Part shown: positions 7,066 to 15,707 of the stretch, piece by piece | How the letters are laid out: every line of letters begins with the position of its first letter | How positions within the stretch are numbered: position 1 is the first letter of the stretch | Source: a virus | Taxonomy: Duplodnaviria > Caudoviricetes | DNA length: 64,000 nucleotides | Direction: 5' to 3' (one strand) | IMG/VR virus record: IMGVR_UViG_3300042363_000275 | Location: 10,862-74,861 of that record | Position numbers and translations under genes: made by a program | The notes under the pieces: model-generated | Told to the model about the DNA's origin: nothing | The model's database searches: none | The model's input: only the letters and a program-made list of their open reading frames with translations

Positions 7066-7790
7066 TCTATAATCTCCCATGTTCCGTCATAATGTTCAAC
7101 TAATGCTGTGCAGGATTCTACCCAGTCTCCATCGTTCATGTATTCAATGCCGTTGATTGTTTTAATCTCTGCTCTATGAACATGACCGCAGATTACGCCA
7201 TCGGCTTTTTGCTTTTTGCAATAATCTGTAATTAGATCTTCGAAGTTGTTTACATACGAAACCGCTTCTTTCGTTTTGTTCTTAAGATACTGGCTTAAAC
7301 TCCAATGTGGCATGTTAAACCAGTTACGAACTTTACTTACAAGGACATTTAATTTTAACAAAACATTATACAGCATGTCGCCAAGATGGTATAGCCACTG
7401 AAGTTTGGTTCTTAATACACCATCGAATAGATCGCCATGAATCACCATATAGGTTTTGCCATTGACACCCTCATGGCGGCATTGATTCACAAGATCGATG
7501 TTGCCAAAATGAATGTCGAATGGCAATAGATCGCGAAATGCATCGTCGTGATTGCCAACAACATAGGTGACTTTGGTATTGTTCTTTGCGGCTTTGAGAA
7601 TTTTACGAATCACATCAGTGTGTGATTGCAGCCAATAGAATTTTCTTTTTAACCGCCAGCCGTCGATAATATCGCCGACGAGATATAGATTTTCGCTTGA
7701 GTTATTTTTCAAAAAATCGCATAGCAAATCGGCTTTACATCCCCGAGATCCTAGATGGACATCGGAAATAAAGATTGATTTGAATTGCAT
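7047..7790 (-). CDS. plcP: metallophosphoesterase, PlcP-like phospholipase C (often annotated as LpxH-like)
   Basis: ISDVHLG, LVGDIIDGW, GNHD, IHGD.FD, ICGHVH and NDGDWVESCTALVE. GNHD rather than the GNRD of LpxH. Confidence 0.8.
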   Translation of the reverse strand: MQFKSIFISDVHLGSRGCKADLLCDFLKNNSSENLYLVGDIIDGWRLKRKFYWLQSHTDVIRKILKAAKNNTKVTYVVGNHDDAFRDLLPFDIHFGNIDLVNQCRHEGVNGKTYMVIHGDLFDGVLRTKLQWLYHLGDMLYNVLLKLNVLVSKVRNWFNMPHWSLSQYLKNKTKEAVSYVNNFEDLITDYCKKQKADGVICGHVHRAEIKTINGIEYMNDGDWVESCTALVEHYDGTWEIIEWLGRK

Positions 7791-7849
7791 TGGAGACTCC
7801 CAGAACTGGAGTCAGTATATAGCGCAAAAATATTACGATTAGATTAAAA
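7791..7849 (-). promoter_or_regulatory. plcP promoter: -10 box, candidate Pho box, SD-sequestering hairpin
   Basis: TATACT at 7819-7814 with no canonical -35. 11-bp-phased TTTTAAT/TCGTAAT at 7849-7832. Hairpin GACTCC/GGAGTC (7813-7795) covers the SD. Confidence 0.55.
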
Positions 7850-7860
7850 TTCGGTTCATC

Positions 7861-7966
7861 TTCCCCCCACTGCGCAATGGGTGCTAGATTGTACTTTTCT
7901 AGCGGGATCCTATAAAACTCAGCGCCGTGCGCATGACCTCTACACCGAAAGGTTGAGGCGAGTGTT
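7861..7966 (-). ncRNA. candidate structured RNA
   Basis: Non-coding and GC-richer, with several hairpins and closing helices. It lies just downstream of a late-promoter motif. Confidence 0.4.
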
Positions 7967-7968
7967 GT

Positions 7969-7975
7969 TATTTAG
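7969..7975 (-). promoter_or_regulatory. T4-like late promoter core CTAAATA
   Basis: Matches the gp55-type (T/C)TAAATA motif and is intergenic. Confidence 0.55.
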
Positions 7976-7979
7976 TAAA

Positions 7980-8234
7980 TTATCCCATTGAAACTGACTT
8001 GACATTGTTAACTTTAAACGAGCGCCATCCATTTGCGTCTAGATCCCACACAGACACATTATCATTACTAGATTGACGAGCAACGACTGTTCCATTAGTC
8101 TTTGGTGCATTAGGAATATGCTCGCTCAACAATGTACACTTCATGATGCGCTCTTCACCGTTGACCTTTGTGAAGGTCACAGTAACAATATTATTTCTCA
8201 ACAACTCATTTAAATTTTCTTTGTCGAAAATCAT
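7980..8234 (-). CDS. DUF2693/WYL_2-like SH3-fold protein
   Basis: VTFTKVNGEERIMKCTL...VWDLDANGWRSF pattern, conserved in T4-like phages. Confidence 0.7.
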   Translation of the reverse strand: MIFDKENLNELLRNNIVTVTFTKVNGEERIMKCTLLSEHIPNAPKTNGTVVARQSSNDNVSVWDLDANGWRSFKVNNVKSVSMG

Positions 8235-8593
8235 ACTTGCTTCACCAATTGTTTAATTGTATTGTTAGGAAATTGCCAATTTACAAGGATTGCTTTAAAC
8301 ATACTTTTAATTGTCTTTTTAGGTACTGACTTATCCTTGACCATCATACCATTATACCCTGCTTTCGCTTGATTGTCAATAAAAAACTTCACATCACCAA
8401 TATATGCACACAAAATTTCAGCAGAGTTATGATCGTTTTCTTTATAAGTTAGGACATGATACTTGTAGCCCAATTCATCTGGCTCGGTGTATCTGTCTTT
8501 GTATGAGTATACCGTGGAGTCAACATTAGCAAAATTATTTTCTTGTGTGACATGCCATAATGCACCGTCACAAGAGTCGAATTCTACTGCCAT
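8231..8593 (-). CDS. hypothetical protein
   Basis: ORF track, coupled to neighbours. Confidence 0.6.
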   Translation of the reverse strand: MAVEFDSCDGALWHVTQENNFANVDSTVYSYKDRYTEPDELGYKYHVLTYKENDHNSAEILCAYIGDVKFFIDNQAKAGYNGMMVKDKSVPKKTIKSMFKAILVNWQFPNNTIKQLVKQV

Positions 8594-8603
8594 TTTAGTT
8601 GCC

Positions 8604-9164
8604 TCATATCTTTAGTTGTTGCGTTTGCTTATCAAGCATATATTTCGCAATATACCAAGCGTCAACAATGTCCGTAGTTGGGGATCCAAGTTTCGTCGTA
8701 GGAGATATTATACTATGTAAATCTACAAGAGTATCCTTTACAAATACATCATACATCTTTTCTTTTGTAGCGTTGCCCTTTCCAGTTGCATATTTCTTGA
8801 TAACAGTTGGTGGCACTGTAAAGAAACGGTATCCTTGTTTGTATAGCATGTATTTAAGGATGCCGCAATTTTCAGCAAGATTAAACACCCTACCTTTAGA
8901 GCCGAAAGAATAATCTTCAATGAGGATTACAACTTCTTCTCTATCAAAACCTGATAAAATGCCCAGAACCCAAGAAGCAATATTTTCGTATCGCTCTTGG
9001 TCTGTTAGATATTCTGGATGCTGGTCGCCAAGAATATTGTGAAATTTTCCTTGGACTGTTTTTCTATCGTTTAGAAAATAGAAAAAACTATTTGTAAATG
9101 TCTTATCGCGACTAATGCAAACGCAGGGAGAAGTTAGACTGTAATCAATTCCAACGACGATCAT
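8604..9164 (-). CDS. ruvC: RuvC-like Holliday junction resolvase
   Basis: VVGIDYSLT, LIEDY, PPTVIKKYATGKGNATK and DIVDAW carry the RuvC acidic residues. Confidence 0.8.
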   Translation of the reverse strand: MIVVGIDYSLTSPCVCISRDKTFTNSFFYFLNDRKTVQGKFHNILGDQHPEYLTDQERYENIASWVLGILSGFDREEVVILIEDYSFGSKGRVFNLAENCGILKYMLYKQGYRFFTVPPTVIKKYATGKGNATKEKMYDVFVKDTLVDLHSIISPTTKLGSPTTDIVDAWYIAKYMLDKQTQQLKI

Positions 9165-9375
9165 CTTCTTCGTCGTCTAAACGATTAATGATGTCATCTT
9201 GCTCGTCTAGATAATCCTCATCATTGTCATCATTAAAGTCTAATTCTTCGCTCTCGTTATCATAGAAATCGCCACAGAATGGGCAATGACTTGGTGAATA
9301 ACTCACTTCATCATCGTCATATGATAAAGCAAATGAAGATCCACAATTATCGCATGTTAGTTTTAGATCAGGCAT
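9145..9375 (-). CDS. zinc-ribbon protein with acidic tail
   Basis: CDNC...CPFC. Start trimmed to MPDL. Confidence 0.7.
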   Translation of the reverse strand: MPDLKLTCDNCGSSFALSYDDDEVSYSPSHCPFCGDFYDNESEELDFNDDNDEDYLDEQDDIINRLDDEEDDRRWN

Positions 9376-10015
9376 TGTTTTTAACCTCGTAATCGTATCT
9401 ATCGTCATCAGAGAGAACCCACTTGGCTGTATTCTCTACAGACCACATTTGCGTTCCAAGTTTTCGTTCAATAAGATTTTGTCCAGGCTTCGTAACAAAG
9501 GACGGCTCAAATGCGCGGCAGCGATTGTTTGGCTGAATTGCAAAATTACCATCATCAAGTTTAATCACATGACCACATTTATGTTGCCCTGGGACTTCGC
9601 TAAACCCAAGATCTGCAATGTTCTTGTCTTCATGCGCCCAGTCTAGCGTAAACATATAAGTCCCTTCATTCCATTTCTTGTTTCTATCAATATACTTCAT
9701 ACGCTTATTGATCAAGAAATCGAACTGCGTAACTCCAATGTATGAACTGAAAGAATCCCACAGAACTAGATTATATAGCGACGCTTGCGGCGCAGGAGTC
9801 TTATGACAGAAAGCGTGTATCGGCATGCGAAACCAAAGCCCTTCGTCTTCCATGATGAAATGAAAAAGTGGGGCACGATGCGGTATCGACGCCACACCGA
9901 ATATAAGGACTGGAAGATATGAGTCTTTCGCTTCATCGAACTCTGGTCTGTTCTGAAGAAAGTTAGTCCGCACATAACATTCTATGGGCGGTATGTTAGC
10001 GTTTATGTATGCCAT
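9368..10015 (-). CDS. conserved phage hypothetical protein
   Basis: Start trimmed to MAYINANIPP. The C-terminal HKCGH...GNFAIQPNNR is typical of a T4-like aquatic phage family. Confidence 0.7.
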   Translation of the reverse strand: MAYINANIPPIECYVRTNFLQNRPEFDEAKDSYLPVLIFGVASIPHRAPLFHFIMEDEGLWFRMPIHAFCHKTPAPQASLYNLVLWDSFSSYIGVTQFDFLINKRMKYIDRNKKWNEGTYMFTLDWAHEDKNIADLGFSEVPGQHKCGHVIKLDDGNFAIQPNNRCRAFEPSFVTKPGQNLIERKLGTQMWSVENTAKWVLSDDDRYDYEVKNNA

Positions 10016-10019
10016 AGGT

Positions 10020-10823
10020 TTATATAGCTCCGATGTTTTGTAACAACAAATTTGTATGTTGTTTAAACCTATTGTTGTTGGAGTACAATTTCCAGTTGTC
10101 ATTAATCAACAATTCACCGATTAGATCTATCATTTCTTTTGGTGTGGAAAATTCGCGTATTAAATTATTAAAATAGTTTTTATTGGATCGTTCGCTAATA
10201 ACACATTTGCTATTAGTTAATGCATAAAAAATTCTAGTTTGTTGTTGCCTAGATTCAGCGTCACTTGGGTTTAAATTTAATATAATCTTGCTTCTAGCAA
10301 TATATTTATCTAAATTATCACCCCAAGCGTTATGGGCATAAACAAATGACGACTTCAAAACTGTATCGAAATGAGACATATATGAATTATAAAATGCGTC
10401 GTAAATAAAATTCATTCTTCTTGGAAACATAGTGCCATAAAATAAAACATCTATATCTGGATTAGTTGAATTTTTAATTTTTTCTAATGATTTAGAATAT
10501 AAACACGGTTTATGTTTAGCATTAATACCATATTGCTTCAATATTTTAATATTATCTAGATCATAATCCCAAACTTCATCTGCTATTTTTAAATTGTCAA
10601 CAATGGTTTCAATAAAATGCATATTTGACTCTATCAGTGGCTCTAATTGGTAGATTATTATTCTTTTATTTCCCACTAGTGGTTTAAATTCATCAATAGA
10701 ATGTTTAAAATGTGAACCAACAATAATTGATGCATCATCAATATTTTTCGCGTAATTGTCATCTAGCATCTTGGCTATATCAGCCCAATGATCTCCATAA
10801 AAATTAGTCCATAGATATTTCAT
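10020..10823 (-). CDS. glycosyltransferase-like protein (CgeB/GT-B type)
   Basis: DIDVLFYG...RR and WG...D.YIARSKIILNL...RIFYAL.N.KCVISE. The DNA is conspicuously AT-rich. Confidence 0.6.
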   Translation of the reverse strand: MKYLWTNFYGDHWADIAKMLDDNYAKNIDDASIIVGSHFKHSIDEFKPLVGNKRIIIYQLEPLIESNMHFIETIVDNLKIADEVWDYDLDNIKILKQYGINAKHKPCLYSKSLEKIKNSTNPDIDVLFYGTMFPRRMNFIYDAFYNSYMSHFDTVLKSSFVYAHNAWGDNLDKYIARSKIILNLNPSDAESRQQQTRIFYALTNSKCVISERSNKNYFNNLIREFSTPKEMIDLIGELLINDNWKLYSNNNRFKQHTNLLLQNIGAI

Positions 10824-10834
10824 TTATACATCTC

Positions 10835-12553
10835 TTAATCAAAGAAGAAAAGATGGAACAATCTGGAATTTATTATCGATTGACCAAAATATTCATTAGC
10901 AGCATGTATACACTTTGCATCAAAAAGAACCAATCGATTAAATACATTTCCAGCCGTATCTACAAGTTCAAATTTAGATCTATCGTAGTATCCGCCATTA
11001 AATGCATATTCTGCTCCTACATCAGTTTCACATCTGGCACCAGTCGCTTTGTGCGCGAATAATGATGTTCCGCTTTGGTATGGTGCGCCAGGAGTTAAGT
11101 AAATCATTCCAGCCCAAGTTTGGTTGTCCCAGTGATACACTAACGCATCTTCTGGTGTGCAATACTGGAACACACCATTCATTCCATGCTCATCCCACAC
11201 AGTAATCTTTTTACCAATAATCTCTTCAAACCTCTGACGCATCTGTGGCGTTTTGTACGACTGAGTTCTTTTACCCTTGTAGTATCGCAGATCCTCAGTG
11301 TATTCTAATTGCAAGGCAAAGTTTCTAACCAGTTCTGGGTCATCATAAAAGTCATCAACAATAAACATTCGCTTCGTGTTTTCTTTCTTTACAGCAAATA
11401 CAGTTCCAAGATGAAGCGTTGTATACTGCGCAGTCAACTCACTTGCAATTTTATGCAAGTATTGCGGGTGTGTACCAGTGTCATGATAAAGGTTTTGATT
11501 AATGAGAAAGAAAAACTCTGGGAAAGGATTCTTCCGTTCTGGTTGCATCAGTTTTTCTGTGCATTGAACCATCCTTCGATAATCCATCAACTCCCAATAT
11601 GTTTCGGCGAGATTAACAAGGTGGTCGTTTCTTGGTGGGGCAAACTGTTCTGATTCTTTGTAGAATTCAATTGCCTTGTAATGCTCGTCTAGAAACCTAT
11701 ATGCATTACCAATACTGTTCATAGCAAAGTAAGCCATTTCGTCAATATTTTTTGCTTTCTTCGTATTGCTATAATCGTGCGTATAGTCTAAGATTTGTTG
11801 AAAATAAAATATGCAGCGGCGAGCATATTCCTTCTGGTGAATGTCTTTTAGTGGGAAAAAGTTACCACGATAGCAATCTTCATACGACTTACCAATATAC
11901 CAAAAATGATACAGGTCAGTCAACATTGTTCCTTCGCGAATTAATCGCTCTTCTAACTTTAACGCATCGCTAACATATTTCGTTGGAACGGTATAACTTT
12001 CTCCCTGCATCACACCGCCAATTAATCTAAACTTATATCCTAGATTTTTGCGTTCAAAGTTTTCACCAACACCTTCTATGTCTAGATAGATGGTCTCATG
12101 TGCTGGATCGTGATTGAAACGCCACGGTAACTTGGCGTTCCAGATCCATGCTCTGAAATAGATTAGAGGGTCAGCAATAGATGTTACATGAAATGCTTGA
12201 GTAGAATGATTGTCAAACGGCGACCAATCAAAGTCACTATCGACGATTAATGTCTCGTCGCAATCCATCTTCATAATCCAGTCACAGCCATGTTCTGTTT
12301 GGCGGCACTTCTGTAAGAGATGGTCACGATTCCAACCGAAGTTTACCCAGCCTTCTTCAACTTGGTAAACAAATCCTGGGATATTGTACTTTTCCTGCCA
12401 TGCCTTTACAACTTCTGGTGTTCCATCCGTAGAACCATTATCCTGTAGAATCCAGTAATCGATATACGGAGCAACAGATTCTAGCATCTTCCCGATGTTC
12501 TGCGCTTCATTCTTGAACATCGAGATCATTACAATTTTAGTTTTCTTGTTCAT
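10835..12553 (-). CDS. GT2 glycosyltransferase + TPR + DUF6445-like (2OG-Fe oxygenase-like) fusion
   Basis: N-terminal MFKNE...QDNGSTDGT...MDCDE. TPR-like helices in the middle. C-terminal IVDDFY...YHWD...NRLVLF...HAA. Confidence 0.75.
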   Translation of the reverse strand: MNKKTKIVMISMFKNEAQNIGKMLESVAPYIDYWILQDNGSTDGTPEVVKAWQEKYNIPGFVYQVEEGWVNFGWNRDHLLQKCRQTEHGCDWIMKMDCDETLIVDSDFDWSPFDNHSTQAFHVTSIADPLIYFRAWIWNAKLPWRFNHDPAHETIYLDIEGVGENFERKNLGYKFRLIGGVMQGESYTVPTKYVSDALKLEERLIREGTMLTDLYHFWYIGKSYEDCYRGNFFPLKDIHQKEYARRCIFYFQQILDYTHDYSNTKKAKNIDEMAYFAMNSIGNAYRFLDEHYKAIEFYKESEQFAPPRNDHLVNLAETYWELMDYRRMVQCTEKLMQPERKNPFPEFFFLINQNLYHDTGTHPQYLHKIASELTAQYTTLHLGTVFAVKKENTKRMFIVDDFYDDPELVRNFALQLEYTEDLRYYKGKRTQSYKTPQMRQRFEEIIGKKITVWDEHGMNGVFQYCTPEDALVYHWDNQTWAGMIYLTPGAPYQSGTSLFAHKATGARCETDVGAEYAFNGGYYDRSKFELVDTAGNVFNRLVLFDAKCIHAANEYFGQSIINSRLFHLFFFD

Positions 12554-13812
12554 ATTTTTACTGGGTGTGGTCTACGCTTATCAGACTTAATGGCAACTAG
12601 CCAAGCATCTGTGATTGCAATATTATCGCTTCGTGGTTCCCACCAAAAGGTATCAAGTTTAAATTCCTGAAACCGAATCTTGTCGTTACGAATAAACATT
12701 GCCTTATCTTTTCTGGTGTAATACCAGAAGCAGTTCTCGTTCCAGTAACTCACATGCGTTGGGTCTTGAAATGCGCCGCGACCATCTGTTGAAGGCACCT
12801 GTATGAATACCCAACCATCATCAGCAAGAACACGGTAGATCTCAGCCATAATCTTGTGTTTATCGTTAAGATGCTCTATAATATGCGAAGCGTTGATTAC
12901 ACCAACGCTGTTATCTGGAAGCGGAATGCCATTATTAAGGTCAGCGGTAACATTACCATCTTCTAAATCAATATTGATATTGCATCCAGCCCGAGGATTA
13001 ATTCCTCCGCCTAATTCTACAATATCCAACCCTCTGTCTTTCGCATCTTTACACGCAAGATCCCATGCATACTGCTTAAACAACTCTCTAGTTGTATCTT
13101 GAATTGCTTGATTTCTTTCTAACCAAGTATTGTTACCAGTAATCCTGTAAACATACAGGGGCTTATTGATATGATGCATCTTGGTGTTCAAGTATGTGCG
13201 AATAACCAATTCATGATCATCGCATATATCTAGATTTACATTATGACCACCAATGGACACATAAACACTTTTACGCCATGCTCGAACATGGTCAGGCGCA
13301 TACCAGATATACGCCATGCTGTGGCTTGTTGGTGCAAAAGAATTCATTGAGTAATGTTCTTTGCCACGCCACATGACTTTTTTATAAGTCCACCCATAAT
13401 GAGCATCGTATGGTGTAAATTCATTGTTTACATGATAGGTGATACTATCACTGTATACAAATCCAACAGTAGGATCTTGAAATGCTTTGTATAATTCTTC
13501 TAAGCAATCTGGTGTGAGCATATCATCATGATCGACCTCAACAAGAACATCACCTGTTCCTAGATGAAAGGCTTTGTTCTTATTGAAGCCGATTTTAGAA
13601 TTGATCTCATCACTCACAACAATTTTAATGCGCTCATCAGACTTAATGGCAACTAGCACTGGGTAATTTACTAGAGCATCCAAACCACCTTCCACACCAT
13701 TCAAATAAATCACCCACTCCCAGTTCTCATAAGTTTGAGCAACAAGACTCTCATACAAGTCACCCAGAAACGAGTTCTTCAGGTGAGTGGGTGTTATAAT
13801 GCTAAATTTCAC
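12550..13812 (-). CDS. GT2 glycosyltransferase fused to SAM methyltransferase
   Basis: GTG start overlaps the nrdJ stop. FSIITPTH and EVDHDD at the N-terminus. ELGGG and HIIEHL...EIYRVL...QVP...AFQDPTH at the C-terminus. Confidence 0.8.
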   Translation of the reverse strand: MKFSIITPTHLKNSFLGDLYESLVAQTYENWEWVIYLNGVEGGLDALVNYPVLVAIKSDERIKIVVSDEINSKIGFNKNKAFHLGTGDVLVEVDHDDMLTPDCLEELYKAFQDPTVGFVYSDSITYHVNNEFTPYDAHYGWTYKKVMWRGKEHYSMNSFAPTSHSMAYIWYAPDHVRAWRKSVYVSIGGHNVNLDICDDHELVIRTYLNTKMHHINKPLYVYRITGNNTWLERNQAIQDTTRELFKQYAWDLACKDAKDRGLDIVELGGGINPRAGCNINIDLEDGNVTADLNNGIPLPDNSVGVINASHIIEHLNDKHKIMAEIYRVLADDGWVFIQVPSTDGRGAFQDPTHVSYWNENCFWYYTRKDKAMFIRNDKIRFQEFKLDTFWWEPRSDNIAITDAWLVAIKSDKRRPHPVKI

Positions 13813-15695
13813 AGTTCGCAGACTCCTGCCGAGCAAGCCAATTCTTTTGCTGAAGTTGTTGTATCTGTTTCTTCCATAAACTCTACCCAATTGATATCCA
13901 CATTTTGGCGAGCAAGAAGTTCGTTATACAACGATTCATCAATTTCTTCGTAAGGTGCTTGACGATATGAACCGTTGTCGCGTGGGAGGAAAGAAACACC
14001 TGAAAGAATCGAGATGTTCTTGTAAACCCATGCACCAACTTCCATCCACTCATCATCACCAACATATACAGTGATAGATGGCTTGTGTTCACACCAGTGG
14101 TCTTGATAGATCTTCCAAAGTTCCAACTGTTCAATCGCAGTCATGTCGTTGCGTGTAACAGAGTTCTTTGGTGCCTTCATTGGGAATGAGAACACCCAAT
14201 TTGACTTGCTGTAGAAATCTTCCTCAGCAAAGTATCCCTTGTTAATCATAAACTGAGCAAGAGGATCCTTCATATCAGCCCTAACTCTACGAATATAATA
14301 TTGGGCATAGCGTGGGTGAATGCCTGAAGCGGAATCAACCAACTGTGATACAGTACCTGAAGGTTTGACGCAAGTAATTGCAGCCGACTGTGGAACACCA
14401 AGAGCATGTGCGAATTCCTTATTTGTTTCAACGCAATGAAGTCTGATAGCATCCAATGCATCAGCAAGTTTTTGTGATGGCTTATTAAGCAACTTGTTAT
14501 CACAAATACCAGTAAAGGAAACGCCAAGCAGTCTTTCTTCATCGCAATTATTCTTCCACTTCTTATTGATGTAGCGGAAGTCTGTTAGCGTTGACTGAAG
14601 TGTACCAATGATTGTAGCGAGACGTGCCTTACGCTTCAATGATTCAACATCATCGTTTGCGCGAACAACGATCTCAGAAAGATTACAGAACTCAAATGGG
14701 CGCAAGATAATTTCAGAACATGGGTTTGTGCCGAACTCATGCTTCGGATCACGACGACCGTTCTTTGCAGCAACAGCCTGTGAAGCAGCACGAGAAAAGA
14801 TACCACGCTCGCCAGACTTTGACATATAAAGAGCATGCCATTCATTCATGAATGTATCCATGTCTACTCGTTTGTCATACACTGCCGAAATATTTGCAAG
14901 TGCTCTTTGCCCATTGTGCGTCCACCAGTCACCTGACTTTGCATGACGCAACTGGTCATCGTTGAGGTCAGTTAGAGAAATGAGAGCAGAACGGCGAACA
15001 CCACCGCAAACAACAATATCAGCAATCTTGCATACAATGTCATGGCACTCCAAGGTAGACAGTTTCCTGCCTCTTGCCTTTGTAAAGATATTGAGAGTGA
15101 ATTTGAATAGATCGACCAATGGTTCTGGACCAGATGCGCGACCACCAAATACCTTTAGACGCTCACCTGCTGGGCGAACCTTTGATACATCCCACTTCGC
15201 GATCTTACCAGAATACAGAAGCGAAACGATTTCACGATAAGCAGAAGCCCAGCCAATCTTAGAATCAGCAACGACAACGGTTGTGTCTGTTTCGTGTAGT
15301 TCTTCTGGAACTTCTGGAAGTTTGTTAGTGTACTTTGATTCAACAGAGAAACCAACACCTGTTCCGCACATTAGAACATACATGATTTCATCAAATGCTT
15401 TTGTATTATCAATGGCAACATACGAGCAATTATAACCAGCGACTTGATCCTTTTCCAAAGCAGGTCCTGCGGTCATCAAGCAACGCATTGATGGCATGAC
15501 TTCTAGGTTTAAAATAGCAGTGCGCAATTCATCCCAAGGAACTTTCTTATTGTTGTCTGTTTTGCTCTTAAAATAACTGATGTATCTGTCAACAGTTTCA
15601 TCCCATGTTTCTCGACGACCTAGATCATCGTTGAATCGTGCATATCTGGAAATGTGAATGAAATCTTGATAGATGCTAGGAAGTCTCGTAGCCAT
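13809..15695 (-). CDS. nrdJ: class II (adenosylcobalamin-dependent) ribonucleotide reductase
   Basis: PSMR, YNC, GTGVGFS, GGVRRSA, TNPCSEI, CNLSE, VKPSGTVS, CEHKPS and C-terminal CSAGVC. No beta-subunit gene is adjacent. Confidence 0.9.
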   Translation of the reverse strand: MATRLPSIYQDFIHISRYARFNDDLGRRETWDETVDRYISYFKSKTDNNKKVPWDELRTAILNLEVMPSMRCLMTAGPALEKDQVAGYNCSYVAIDNTKAFDEIMYVLMCGTGVGFSVESKYTNKLPEVPEELHETDTTVVVADSKIGWASAYREIVSLLYSGKIAKWDVSKVRPAGERLKVFGGRASGPEPLVDLFKFTLNIFTKARGRKLSTLECHDIVCKIADIVVCGGVRRSALISLTDLNDDQLRHAKSGDWWTHNGQRALANISAVYDKRVDMDTFMNEWHALYMSKSGERGIFSRAASQAVAAKNGRRDPKHEFGTNPCSEIILRPFEFCNLSEIVVRANDDVESLKRKARLATIIGTLQSTLTDFRYINKKWKNNCDEERLLGVSFTGICDNKLLNKPSQKLADALDAIRLHCVETNKEFAHALGVPQSAAITCVKPSGTVSQLVDSASGIHPRYAQYYIRRVRADMKDPLAQFMINKGYFAEEDFYSKSNWVFSFPMKAPKNSVTRNDMTAIEQLELWKIYQDHWCEHKPSITVYVGDDEWMEVGAWVYKNISILSGVSFLPRDNGSYRQAPYEEIDESLYNELLARQNVDINWVEFMEETDTTTSAKELACSAGVCEL

Positions 15696-15707
15696 GATTG
15701 CTCCTTA

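Noticed and set aside
7047-7790. Annotation as LpxH (lipid A UDP-2,3-diacylglucosamine hydrolase)
   Set aside because: It has GNHD rather than GNRD, and it is coupled to an Agt-like GT4 rather than to lipid A genes.
875-13890. Long N-terminal extensions in the ORF track (1441, 9408, 10102, 13890; also 24935, 25494, 63731)
   Set aside because: They overlap upstream genes extensively. Downstream starts show SD sequences or stop/start coupling and were used instead.
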